NCBI GenBank assembly: GCA_023247725.1
Contig: JAHFFW010000008.1
Span: forward strand, 7,359-71,358
DNA: 64,000 nucleotides
From: Candidatus Omnitrophota bacterium
Lineage (GTDB): Bacteria; Omnitrophota; Gorgyraeia; Zapsychrales; JAHFFX01
Reading direction: 5' to 3'
The position numbers and the translations under genes are program-made. Numbering within the stretch: the stretch's first letter is position 1; the number at the start of each line of letters is the position of its first letter. The notes under the pieces are model-generated. The model was not told where the DNA came from, searched no databases, and saw only the letters and a list, made by a program, of their open reading frames with translations. Positions 9,517 through 20,608 of the stretch are shown piece by piece.

Positions 9517-10659
9517 ATGAAAAGAAATTTGCTTTTAACTCCTGGACCCACGCAATTGCCAGCGAGGATCTGCCAGGTTTTGGGTGAACCGATCATCCAT
9601 CATCGCACCCCGCAGTTTCAGGGGGTGCTCAAAGAAGTCACCGAAGGCCTGCAATACGTTTTTCAGACAAAGAATGACGTTTTGATTCTAACCTCGTCGG
9701 GAACCGGAGGAATGGAAGCGGCGGTGAGCAATTTTCTGTCACCCCATGATCAAGTGATTGTCCTTGAGGGCGGCAAATTCGGGGAGCGCTGGACCGAGCT
9801 GTGCCAGATGTATGGCATCAAAGCGCATGTCATCAAAGTTCCATGGGGGAAAGCGGGCGCGGTTTCTGATATCAAAAAAATTCTCGGTGCACAAAAAGAA
9901 ATCAAGGCCCTCTTCGTTACCTTGGTTGAAACCTCGACGGGGGTAACCACGGACGTTCGCGCCATCGGCGAAGCGCTCTCCGGCACCAATGTCATTCTCG
10001 TGGTCGATGCCATCAGCGGTTTGGGTGCGGTCGAATTGCGAACCGATGAATGGAACGTGGATGTGGTTGTTGCTGGTTCGCAGAAGGGACTGATGCTGCC
10101 TCCGGGCCTGGCCTTTGTCAGTGTGAGCCCCAAGGCCTGGGCCTTGGCGGAGAAATCCACCTGCCCCAAATATTATTTCCATCTGAAAGCGGCGAAGAAG
10201 GCGGCCCAGAAAACCGACACGCCTTTTACTCCGGCCATCGGCATCATCATGGCGCTCAATGAAAGTCTGCTTCTCATAAAAAATGAAGGCATTGAAAAGC
10301 TTTGGGCCCGTTATGCCAGATTGGCGCAAGGGACTCGCGCCGCTGCCAGAGCCATGGGATTGTCTTTATATGCTGACCCGGCGTGTGCCTCGCATGCCGT
10401 AACCGCCATCCAAGTTCCTTCCGGTATCGACGGAGAAAAACTCACGAAGATCATGCGCGACACCTATGGGGTTACGATCGCCGGCGGGCAAGAGGAACTC
10501 AAAGGCAAAATCGTCCGGATCTGTCAGATGGGCTGTGTCGATGAATTTGATATCCTGACGGGAATCGCGTGCCTGGAAAAGGTTTTGCATGAGATGGGCC
10601 ACCAGTTCACGCTGGGATCAGGCCTGGCCGCGGCGCAAAAAATTTATAATCAAAAATAA
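9517..10659 (+). CDS. Class V (AGXT-type) aminotransferase, probable phosphoserine aminotransferase
   Basis: Class V fold pattern (TPGPT, SSGTGGMEA, SQKGLMLPPGLAFVSVS with the PLP lysine). Immediately upstream of serA. Confidence 0.75.
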   Translation: MKRNLLLTPGPTQLPARICQVLGEPIIHHRTPQFQGVLKEVTEGLQYVFQTKNDVLILTSSGTGGMEAAVSNFLSPHDQVIVLEGGKFGERWTELCQMYGIKAHVIKVPWGKAGAVSDIKKILGAQKEIKALFVTLVETSTGVTTDVRAIGEALSGTNVILVVDAISGLGAVELRTDEWNVDVVVAGSQKGLMLPPGLAFVSVSPKAWALAEKSTCPKYYFHLKAAKKAAQKTDTPFTPAIGIIMALNESLLLIKNEGIEKLWARYARLAQGTRAAARAMGLSLYADPACASHAVTAIQVPSGIDGEKLTKIMRDTYGVTIAGGQEELKGKIVRICQMGCVDEFDILTGIACLEKVLHEMGHQFTLGSGLAAAQKIYNQK

Positions 10660-10677
10660 TTATTGGAGTCATCCTTC

Positions 10678-12261
10678 ATGAAGATTTTGATTAGCGACAA
10701 ATTGGCGCAGGAAGGAATCAATATCCTCAAATCGGTTAAAGAATTCGAGGTGGACAGTCGGAGCGGGATGAAACCCGAGGAGCTTAAAGGCATTATCAAA
10801 AACTACGATGCCTTGATCATCCGTTCCGAGACCAATGTGACGGCCGACATCATCGAACAAGCCGACCGATTGAAGGTGATCGGCCGAGCCGGGGTCGGCC
10901 TGGATAATGTGGACTTAAAGGCCGCGACCAAGAAAGGCATCGTGGCCATGAACACGCCCGCCGGAAACACGACATCGACGGCCGAACACACCATGAGTCT
11001 CATCCTGGCCTTATCGCGCAATATTCCTGCGGCCTGTGCTTCCTTAAAAAGCGGCAAGTGGGAACGCTCGAAATTCACCGGCGTTGAACTCTACGGAAAA
11101 ATTTTAGGGATTATCGGCTTGGGACGCATTGGCTCGACGGTTGCCCGCATGGCCAAATCCTTTGGGATGAAAATCATTGCTTATGATCCGTATCTATCAA
11201 TGGAGGTTGCCGGCAAAATGGGAATTGATATGATGGAATTTGCCGATGTTTTGCAGGAAGCGGATTATATCACTATTCATGTCCCCAAAAGTCATGAGAC
11301 CAAAAGCCTCATCGGCGAAAAGGAATTTGGATTGATGAAAAAGACGGCCCGGGTTATTAACTGCGCCCGCGGCGGTATCATTGACGAAAAGGCATTAGCG
11401 CAGGCCTTGGCCGAAGAACGAATCGCCGGCTGTGCGTTGGATGTTTATGAAAAGGAGCCTTTGGCCGCGGATCATCCCTTGCTCAAATTTGACAATTGCG
11501 TGGTGACTCCGCATCTGGGAGCCTCAACGTCCGAAGCCCAGATCAATGTCGCCATTGAGATCGCCGAGTGTGTCCGTAATGCCCTTCTGGGCCGAGGCAT
11601 TATCAATGCTGTCAATTTCCCGTCGGTCTCCGCACAAGAGTATAAAATTTTAGAACCCTATATTTCTCTGGGAGAACGCATGGGCAAATTCGCCGGTCAA
11701 TTGGTGAACGGACGCATTCAAGGAATCCGAATCACCTACAGCGGTCCGGTCACGAACCAGAAATTGGCGCCCGTCACCATGGCGCTCGTCTTTGGCGTTC
11801 TTTCCCCCATTTTGGGAGAAACGATTAATCTCATCAATTCGGTCGATTGCGCCCGCGAACGCGGAATCAAGGTTGAGGAAATCATTTCTACCCAAGAAGA
11901 AGAATTTTTAAACCTGGTGAGTCTGGAGGTCATTTCCGACAAAGAAACTTTTTCGTTGTGGGGAACCCTGAGCGCCAACAATAAACCGCGCATCGTGAAG
12001 GTCAATAAAATTTATGTCGAGGCGATTCCCGAGGGGCATATGCTTTTCATTAATAATCATGACCGGCCGGGAATTGTGGGGGCTGTTGGCACGATCCTCG
12101 CTGCGGCACAGATTAACATTGGCAGCATCAGTTTTGGCCGGGAAGAGCAGGGAGGGCTCGTCGTCAGCGTTGTCAACGTTGACAGCGAAGTGCCGACTCA
12201 AACGATCGAACAGCTTAAAAAAACCAAAGATATCCTGTTTGTGAAACCGATTAAGGTATAA
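10678..12261 (+). CDS. serA: D-3-phosphoglycerate dehydrogenase with C-terminal ACT domain
   Basis: MKILISDKL..., NAD Rossmann GIIGLGRIGSTVA, the 2-hydroxyacid dehydrogenase catalytic region and a C-terminal ACT domain. The SD GGAG sits 9 nt upstream of ATG 10678; the track ATG 10663 is an alternative. Confidence 0.9.
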   Translation: MKILISDKLAQEGINILKSVKEFEVDSRSGMKPEELKGIIKNYDALIIRSETNVTADIIEQADRLKVIGRAGVGLDNVDLKAATKKGIVAMNTPAGNTTSTAEHTMSLILALSRNIPAACASLKSGKWERSKFTGVELYGKILGIIGLGRIGSTVARMAKSFGMKIIAYDPYLSMEVAGKMGIDMMEFADVLQEADYITIHVPKSHETKSLIGEKEFGLMKKTARVINCARGGIIDEKALAQALAEERIAGCALDVYEKEPLAADHPLLKFDNCVVTPHLGASTSEAQINVAIEIAECVRNALLGRGIINAVNFPSVSAQEYKILEPYISLGERMGKFAGQLVNGRIQGIRITYSGPVTNQKLAPVTMALVFGVLSPILGETINLINSVDCARERGIKVEEIISTQEEEFLNLVSLEVISDKETFSLWGTLSANNKPRIVKVNKIYVEAIPEGHMLFINNHDRPGIVGAVGTILAAAQINIGSISFGREEQGGLVVSVVNVDSEVPTQTIEQLKKTKDILFVKPIKV

Positions 12262-12274
12262 CCTTAAGGCTCTT

Positions 12275-13066
12275 TTGTCTATGCCGCTTATCCATTCACC
12301 ACAATCACCACAACGATCTCGGGACTCGCGGCATTTTGTGATTTTTGGTCCCTTGCCATTTTTTTGGTTTGGATTGGAAGACAGTCTCAATCCTCTGGCC
12401 CTGACCACGATTTCTTTTGTCATCCTGGGGCTTTTGTTTTTACGAAAAAATTCCCGGGAAATTTTTTCTTCGGGGATCCTCATCGGATTGTCGCTGGCGC
12501 TCATGGTGTTTTGGGTGAAAATGAATTGGCTTGACGATTATATTGATACCGTGATTTATTACCGCCTCACCCAATTGACTTATTTTGTTGCCGCCTTGAT
12601 GGCGTTCGTCATCGGGGGGTTGAATTTTTACGATTGGTGGATGCTGCGCCGCTATCCGACGAGCCATAAAGCAATTTTTGCCTTGCCAACGTTTGCCCCT
12701 ACGTCTGGCTACCAACCCTGGTTTGTCTGGAGTCTGCTTGCGGTTTCCTCGATTGCCCTGGGGCTTTTTCTGGGATTGATGCAATCCGTATATCCTTCTT
12801 CACCATATCTGCAAGGGATGATCAGCACTTTATTGGTTCATCGGCTGCGGATGGAATTGCAAATTTATGTTGCCGTTTATAGCATTGCCCTCATTTTGCC
12901 TTTCCTGGGGATGGTTTGGGTGTCCTCCAAACTCTTTGATTCAAAACCATTCCAGTTATTTTTTTTCCGCCGACCCAGCCTCATCCGAGCAGTTTCCTCG
13001 GCGGTATTCTTTTCTCTTGGGGTCGGATTGATTTATCTTTTGAACCAGCCTTTCTTGGGAGGATAG
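12275..13066 (+). CDS. Hypothetical polytopic membrane protein
   Basis: Multiple hydrophobic segments and no recognisable motif. Confidence 0.5.
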   Translation: MSMPLIHSPQSPQRSRDSRHFVIFGPLPFFWFGLEDSLNPLALTTISFVILGLLFLRKNSREIFSSGILIGLSLALMVFWVKMNWLDDYIDTVIYYRLTQLTYFVAALMAFVIGGLNFYDWWMLRRYPTSHKAIFALPTFAPTSGYQPWFVWSLLAVSSIALGLFLGLMQSVYPSSPYLQGMISTLLVHRLRMELQIYVAVYSIALILPFLGMVWVSSKLFDSKPFQLFFFRRPSLIRAVSSAVFFSLGVGLIYLLNQPFLGG

Positions 13067-13088
13067 GGTGGGAAATACTGACCAACGC

Positions 13089-15274
<2,186 letters not shown>

Positions 15275-15348
15275 ATATACGATATGTTCGCTCTTCAAAA
15301 GTCCCCCAAGTCTATATCTTTTTGCCGATCAAGTGGTTTTGCTTGGAA

Positions 15349-15377
15349 AAAGCCTTGACTTTGATATACCCCTATGT
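15349..15377 (+). promoter_or_regulatory. Candidate sigma70 promoter (TTGACT-17-TAATTT) upstream of the conserved leader and the Pal-like gene
   Basis: Hexamers and 17-nt spacing read directly from the sequence. Confidence 0.4.
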
Positions 15378-15461
15378 TAATTTGGGTTCATCAAAATGGA
15401 GGAACAAATGTCGTCTAGGAATTTCCTTTTGTTCTGCTACGCAAAACTAATAGAATTGTTA

Positions 15462-15546
15462 GTTTTGCTTCGCAGCAATATTCTAGAGAAGAATAATTGC
15501 TGCGAAGCAAAAGAACCAGTTCAATTACTTTTGCGAAGGAGAATAG
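15462..15546 (+). promoter_or_regulatory. Conserved ~75-nt promoter/leader element, copy 1 (TTGCT-N4-AGCAA palindromes, GCAAAAG/CTTTTGC hairpin, ends in SD GAAGGAGAATAG)
   Basis: About 87 % identical to 29217-29290 upstream of ruvB. It includes a perfect 16-bp inverted repeat TTTGCTTCGCAGCAAT/ATTGCTGCGAAGCAAA. Confidence 0.6.
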
Positions 15547-15575
15547 GTTTTCTGACTTTATCAGTTTTTTTATGG

Positions 15576-16133
15576 ATGAATGCCAGTGGATGCACCATCA
15601 TTTATCAAAAGGGCCGCCGCAGCGATATTGAAAAAATTTTTCAGCTCAAGGGCGAATTAAGCGACTTGGAACGGGCCAAGGCCGAACTGGAAGAGAGGCT
15701 CAAAAAGGAAATCCAGGATAAGGAAGTCAAGGTCGAAATGATGGACCGGGGACTCGTCATCACCTTCGTCGCCGAAGTCCTTTTTGATTCGGGTAAGGCG
15801 CAACTGCGCAATGACTCGCTGGGAAAATTGGACAAGGTCGCGGATGTCCTGCAAACCACCGTCAAGGATCTCTCGATTGGAATCGAAGGCCATACCGATA
15901 ATCAGCCCATCAAGCACTCTGGTTGGACTTCCAACTGGGAATTATCATCGGCTCGGGCCATGAGTGTTTTGCATTACATGGCTGACAATGCCAAAATCAA
16001 TCCATCTCGACTTTCGGCCACTGGCTACGGCGAGTATCGGCCGGTTGCCTCCAACGCTACCGCCGAAGGCCGCCAAAAAAATCGACGGGTGGAAATTGTG
16101 ATTTTGCCTAAAACGAACGTGGAAAAGCCTTAA
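15576..16133 (+). CDS. OmpA/MotB/Pal-family peptidoglycan-associated protein (probable lipoprotein)
   Basis: OmpA_C motifs GHTDNQPI...SNWELSSARAMSV...NRRVEIVILP. The track start 15396 would translate the conserved leader. A TTG at 15531 would give a lipoprotein signal peptide MRRRIGFLTLSVFLWMNASGC. Confidence 0.75.
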   Translation: MNASGCTIIYQKGRRSDIEKIFQLKGELSDLERAKAELEERLKKEIQDKEVKVEMMDRGLVITFVAEVLFDSGKAQLRNDSLGKLDKVADVLQTTVKDLSIGIEGHTDNQPIKHSGWTSNWELSSARAMSVLHYMADNAKINPSRLSATGYGEYRPVASNATAEGRQKNRRVEIVILPKTNVEKP

Positions 16134-16188
16134 TCGGGAGCCGAATAACATGACCCAAAAACGGAGGGATCCGGTGAGTGACACCATG

Positions 16189-16587
16189 AAAAACCTTATT
16201 CTTTTGGCTGCGGTGGTATTGACCGTGGGCAGTTGCTTGATGGCCATTGGTTCTAATGAGTCCGCCCGTAAGATTCAACAAGGTCTGGATTTGGAGCGTT
16301 ACAATCGGATGGAAGTGGAAGAGAAATTAGAGAAGGCGGCGGGCAAAATTGCTTCTTTGGAAGGCGAACTGCAAAAGACTACGGAAAAAATTGTCAGCAT
16401 TCAGGCGGTCATGCAGCAGGGGCAATCCACCAATTCCAATCTCCAAGAACAGTTGGAGGCCATCGCCCAGTTGAAACAATCCCTCGAACAGAAATTGGAT
16501 CAGGTGCAGAAGGCGCAAGCCGCGCAGACCGCCGTCGTGAGCCTGCCGGCGGTGGGGGCAACCGTGGCTCCTTTGCCGGCGCAGTAA
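16189..16587 (+). CDS. Coiled-coil protein with lipoprotein-type signal (LTVGSC); Lpp/OmpH-like, function unknown
   Basis: N-terminal hydrophobic segment plus a Cys, then heptad-rich Q/E/L sequence. Start moved to ATG 16189. Confidence 0.5.
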   Translation, partial: KNLILLAAVVLTVGSCLMAIGSNESARKIQQGLDLERYNRMEVEEKLEKAAGKIASLEGELQKTTEKIVSIQAVMQQGQSTNSNLQEQLEAIAQLKQSLEQKLDQVQKAQAAQTAVVSLPAVGATVAPLPAQ

Positions 16588-16663
16588 AAGAGCAAAGGGA
16601 CTTTTACGCGAATCTCTTTTCCAAAATAAATCACCGATCGTGATGCGTTAAGGATTTGCGAAT

Positions 16664-16691
16664 GGGGGATCAACAATCCCCCATTTTTCTT
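16664..16691 (+). terminator. Rho-independent terminator (GGGGGAT-caaca-ATCCCCC followed by ATTTTTCTT)
   Basis: Perfect 7-bp GC-rich stem followed by a T-tract, downstream of the 16189-16587 gene. It lies inside the spurious N-terminal extension of the uppS ORF. Confidence 0.7.
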
Positions 16692-16736
16692 AGTCAAAAA
16701 ATTTGCTGGAAGCGGGTTTTACCAAAAACAAATAAT

Positions 16737-17459
16737 ATGAATTCTGACCGATTGCCACAACATGTCGCTATCATTATGGACGGCAATGGCCGTTGGGCGC
16801 AGAAGCGCAATCAGCCCCGGACGCGCGGTCATTTAGAAGGAGTGAAACGGGTCGAGGAGGTTGTCTCGACCGCGATCGTCATGGGCATCAAGGTCTTGAC
16901 GCTTTTTACCTTCTCGACGGAGAATTGGACCAGGCCCCGCCAAGAAGTTTCCATGCTCATGCGCACCCTCATGACCGTTCTTAACTCGAAGGTGAAAAGC
17001 CTCAACAAACGCAACGTCCGTTTGCAATTCATTGGCCGCATAACCGGAATCCCCGACCAGGTTTTAAAGAGCTTGCACGCCGCAATGGAGCTGACAAAAA
17101 ACAATACCGGACTCATTGTGAATTTGGCCTTCAATTACGGCGGCCGATTGGAAATCCTCGATGCGGTCAAAAGGATCGCCAAAGCCATCACGGAGGGAAG
17201 CCTGACCATCGATCAGATCGATGAAGGGGCCTTTAGCCAGGCCTTGTATACCCGCGATCTGCCCGATCCTGATCTGTTGATTCGCACCTCCGGAGAAAAA
17301 CGGATCAGCAATTTTCTTCTGTGGCAGTTGTCGTATGCCGAATTTTATTTTACCGATAAATTTTGGCCGGAATTTGATGAGAAAGAATTCCGCAAGGCGA
17401 TTGCCGACTACCAAAACCGGGAACGCCGCTACGGAAATGTTTCGGCCAAGTCAGGTTAA
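16737..17459 (+). CDS. uppS: Undecaprenyl diphosphate synthase
   Basis: HVAIIMDGNGRWA and the FSTENWTRP and LIRTSGEKRISNFLLWQ motifs. Start at the internal ATG 16737. Confidence 0.93.
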   Translation: MNSDRLPQHVAIIMDGNGRWAQKRNQPRTRGHLEGVKRVEEVVSTAIVMGIKVLTLFTFSTENWTRPRQEVSMLMRTLMTVLNSKVKSLNKRNVRLQFIGRITGIPDQVLKSLHAAMELTKNNTGLIVNLAFNYGGRLEILDAVKRIAKAITEGSLTIDQIDEGAFSQALYTRDLPDPDLLIRTSGEKRISNFLLWQLSYAEFYFTDKFWPEFDEKEFRKAIADYQNRERRYGNVSAKSG

Positions 17460-17461
17460 AG

Positions 17462-18295
17462 ATGACCAAAGAACGCTTCGTCAGTTCTACGTTTGGCATT
17501 TTAGTAACAACCCTGGCTATTTTCAATGACTGGCTTTTCATCATCGTCATCATGGGCCTGACGATCGGCGGGCTTTATGAGTTCTTTTATTTGATTAAGA
17601 AGAAGGGGATTCCGATTTACAGCTATGTCGGAATTTTTATCGGGATCCTTTTGCCGGCTTCCATTTATACCCGATTCGAATTGACGAAAAAATGGGAGTT
17701 GTTATTCATCCTGGTCGCCTTTCTGTTGATCTTATTAATGCAATTCGCCCGCAAGGACAACAGCAATGCGGTCGTGGGAATAGCAACGACGCTCTTTGGC
17801 ATCCTTTATGTATCGTGGTTTTTCAGCTTTCTGATTAAGATCCGGTTCATCCTTCCGTCTCCCGACGGTTGCGCCAGCCAGGCTGGGATCAACTTGCTGG
17901 GCTTTATTATCCTGGTGACGAAGATGGGCGACATCGGGGCGTTATTGATCGGAAGCCGTTTGGGCAAGCATCCGCTGATACCGCGCATCAGCCCGAATAA
18001 ATCCGTCGAAGGTTGCCTCGGCAGTTTTCTTTTTAGTACAGCCGCGGCGTTGGTGGCAAAACCATTATTGCCGAATATCTTCTCAACGATTCATGTGGCA
18101 TCTCTGGGCGCCTTCTTCGGTGGAATCGGCCAGCTGGGCGATCTTTCGGAATCTTTGATCAAACGCGATTGTCATGTCAAAGATTCAGGGAAGCTTTTGC
18201 CGGGAATGGGTGGGGTGCTGGATATTATTGACAGCCTTTTGTTCACGGCTCCGGCGTTTTATATGTATATCAGCGCGGCTCTGAATTCCGGCTGA
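17462..18295 (+). CDS. cdsA: Phosphatidate cytidylyltransferase
   Basis: Polytopic membrane protein with the C-terminal CdsA signature SRLGKHPLIPRISPNKSVEGCLGS...GDLSESLIKRD. Confidence 0.9.
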   Translation: MTKERFVSSTFGILVTTLAIFNDWLFIIVIMGLTIGGLYEFFYLIKKKGIPIYSYVGIFIGILLPASIYTRFELTKKWELLFILVAFLLILLMQFARKDNSNAVVGIATTLFGILYVSWFFSFLIKIRFILPSPDGCASQAGINLLGFIILVTKMGDIGALLIGSRLGKHPLIPRISPNKSVEGCLGSFLFSTAAALVAKPLLPNIFSTIHVASLGAFFGGIGQLGDLSESLIKRDCHVKDSGKLLPGMGGVLDIIDSLLFTAPAFYMYISAALNSG

Positions 18296-18331
18296 TCTCT
18301 GCGCTTCAAAGGATATGAGAGCCGAACGTTC

Positions 18332-19480
18332 ATGCGAAAGAGAAAAGTTGTTATCTTAGGATCGACGGGGTCGATCGGCATCAACACCCTCAAAGTCCTT
18401 GACCGTCTGCCGCAAAGATTTGAGGTCGAAGGATTGACGGCCAACAATAATATTGAATTATTGTCGCGGCAGATCAAAAGGTTTAAACCGAAATTTGTTG
18501 CCTGTAATAAAGAAAAAATTGTCGATCGAAAAGGTTTGGGGTTACCCAAAAGAACGCGGTTCTTTGACGTCACTGAAGTTTCCCAGCTCGTCGAATCCTG
18601 CGAGGCGGATATTTTCGTTCTCGCCATTAGCGGTGGGGCCGCGTTGGCGCCCTTTTTGGCCGCGGCCAAAAAGGGCGCCCGGATCGCTCCGGCGAACAAA
18701 GAGGCGCTGGTCATGGCCGGAACGATCATCATGGAAACGACCAAAAAATATGGCGCGACCATTATTCCCATCGACAGCGAGCAAAGCGCCATCTTTCAGT
18801 GTTTGGAAGGCCGAAACCGAAGCGGGTTAAAAAAAATCCTATTGACCGCTTCCGGCGGGCCGTTGAACCGGATGGCCAAATCAAAATTTCCTCGACTGAG
18901 TGTGCAGCAGATTCTCAAACATCCGCGCTGGAAGATGGGGAAAAAAATTACGGTGGATTCGGCGACGCTCATCAATAAGGGTTTTGAGGTGATCGAAGCC
19001 AAGATGCTTTTTGGTTTGGGAACTGAACAGATTGAAGTGGTGATCCATCCCGAGGCGCTGATCCATTCCATGACCGAATTTCAGGATGGGTCTATCCTGG
19101 CGCAGCTGGGAGTCACGGATATGCGTTTACCCATCCAGTATGCCTTGACTTACCCGGATCGGCTGGATTCGGGTTTGCCGGTTATGGATTTTGGTCGGGT
19201 CAGGCAATTGACGTTTGAAACACCCGACGAGCGGCGCTTTCCTTGCCTGGGATTGGCATTTTTCTGTGCCCGTCAGGGCGGCACGCTGCCCTGTGTTCTT
19301 AATGCGGCCGATGAAATCGCCGTGAACGCATTCTTACAGGGAACGATGGATTTTACCGATATTTACACGGTTGTCGAAAAAGTCGTGAACAAGCATCGCA
19401 ATAGACTTAATCCTCAATTGAAGGATATTTTGGCGGCGGACACGTGGGCCAGACAAGCGGCCCGGAACCTGATCAAGTGA
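18332..19480 (+). CDS. dxr: 1-deoxy-D-xylulose 5-phosphate reductoisomerase
   Basis: KVVILGSTGSIGINTLKV NADPH motif, the typical DXR core, and the uppS-cdsA-dxr-rseP synteny. Confidence 0.93.
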   Translation: MRKRKVVILGSTGSIGINTLKVLDRLPQRFEVEGLTANNNIELLSRQIKRFKPKFVACNKEKIVDRKGLGLPKRTRFFDVTEVSQLVESCEADIFVLAISGGAALAPFLAAAKKGARIAPANKEALVMAGTIIMETTKKYGATIIPIDSEQSAIFQCLEGRNRSGLKKILLTASGGPLNRMAKSKFPRLSVQQILKHPRWKMGKKITVDSATLINKGFEVIEAKMLFGLGTEQIEVVIHPEALIHSMTEFQDGSILAQLGVTDMRLPIQYALTYPDRLDSGLPVMDFGRVRQLTFETPDERRFPCLGLAFFCARQGGTLPCVLNAADEIAVNAFLQGTMDFTDIYTVVEKVVNKHRNRLNPQLKDILAADTWARQAARNLIK

Positions 19481-19487
19481 GGTTGTT

Positions 19488-20576
19488 ATGGATTTTATTA
19501 CCTTTTTTATCGTCCTGAGTATCCTAATCCTCGTGCATGAATTAGGTCATTTCATCGTGGCCAAACGCTGTGGCGTCAAGGTGGAGCGTTTTGCGCTAGG
19601 ATTCGGTCCCAAACTTTTGTCTCGGATTTATGACGGAACGGAATTTGCCTTGTGTCTTATTCCCCTAGGCGGTTATGTGAAAATGGCCGGCGATGAACGC
19701 ACCCAGTGCAAAGGCGAGGCCCAGGAATTTTGTTCCCAGCCCATCGGGCATCGGGCGCTCATCGTTCTCATGGGACCAGTCGTTAATTATGCCTTGGCCT
19801 ACGTTTGTTTAGTTTTGGTTTTTCTCTTAGGATATCCTTGCCTTTCCAATAAAATCGGCGAAGCGATGACGGGCTACCCGGCCGAAACCGCAGGTCTTAA
19901 AACCGGAGATCGGATCCTTCGAATCAATGGCCAACCGATGGATCACTGGGAAGATGTGCAGACATATATTTCCACTTCCCAGACGGATTCATTGGTCGTT
20001 GATGTCCAAAGGGATCATGAGACTTTGTCCTTAACCATCATTCCGCGCAAGGATGTCCTGGAAAATATTTTCGGTCAGAAAGAAAACGTGCGCGTCATAG
20101 GGATTAAACCGACCGACGAAATGATTTTGCTGCGATATGGATTTGGTCAATCCTTGACGAATGCCTTTCACCGTCTGTGGGAGGTCACCTGGATGACCTA
20201 CAAGGCGCTGTATCGGATGATGACCGGCGCAATGAGTCCCAAGGACACCATGACGGGGCCTATCGGAATCTTCTTTATCGTGCAAAAGGCAGCGGCCTTG
20301 GGATTCACCTATCTCGTTTATATCGTCGGAACGATTTCCGCCAGTCTGGCCATTTTCAATCTCTTGCCGTTGCCGGTCTTGGATGGAGGCCATCTCTTGT
20401 TTTTGGGAATTGAAAAAATTCGGGGCCGGGCCCTTTCGCAGAAGACGGATGATGCCATTAACAAAGTCGGCATGAGTCTCATTCTTTGTTTGGCCTTATT
20501 TGTTTTTTATATCGATTTTAAACGTTTTGGCTGGATCGAAAAGATCGTCGGTATTTGGCAGCATTTGGGATTATAA
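19488..20576 (+). CDS. rseP: RIP zinc metalloprotease (site-2 protease) with PDZ domain
   Basis: HELGHFIVAK zinc motif, a PDZ domain and the C-terminal LPLPVLDGGHLLF. Confidence 0.92.
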   Translation: MDFITFFIVLSILILVHELGHFIVAKRCGVKVERFALGFGPKLLSRIYDGTEFALCLIPLGGYVKMAGDERTQCKGEAQEFCSQPIGHRALIVLMGPVVNYALAYVCLVLVFLLGYPCLSNKIGEAMTGYPAETAGLKTGDRILRINGQPMDHWEDVQTYISTSQTDSLVVDVQRDHETLSLTIIPRKDVLENIFGQKENVRVIGIKPTDEMILLRYGFGQSLTNAFHRLWEVTWMTYKALYRMMTGAMSPKDTMTGPIGIFFIVQKAAALGFTYLVYIVGTISASLAIFNLLPLPVLDGGHLLFLGIEKIRGRALSQKTDDAINKVGMSLILCLALFVFYIDFKRFGWIEKIVGIWQHLGL

Positions 20577-20608
20577 AAGGAAGAAAATCGTGGTAAGGAG
20601 AGCGGTTC

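Noticed and set aside
15396-15575. N-terminal 60 codons of the track ORF 15396-16133
   Set aside because: This stretch translates the conserved promoter/leader element that recurs in non-coding form upstream of ruvB. The real start is downstream, at 15531 or 15576.
16656-16736. N-terminal extension of the uppS ORF
   Set aside because: It contains an intrinsic terminator hairpin with T-tract (16664-16691). A canonical UppS N-terminus begins at ATG 16737.
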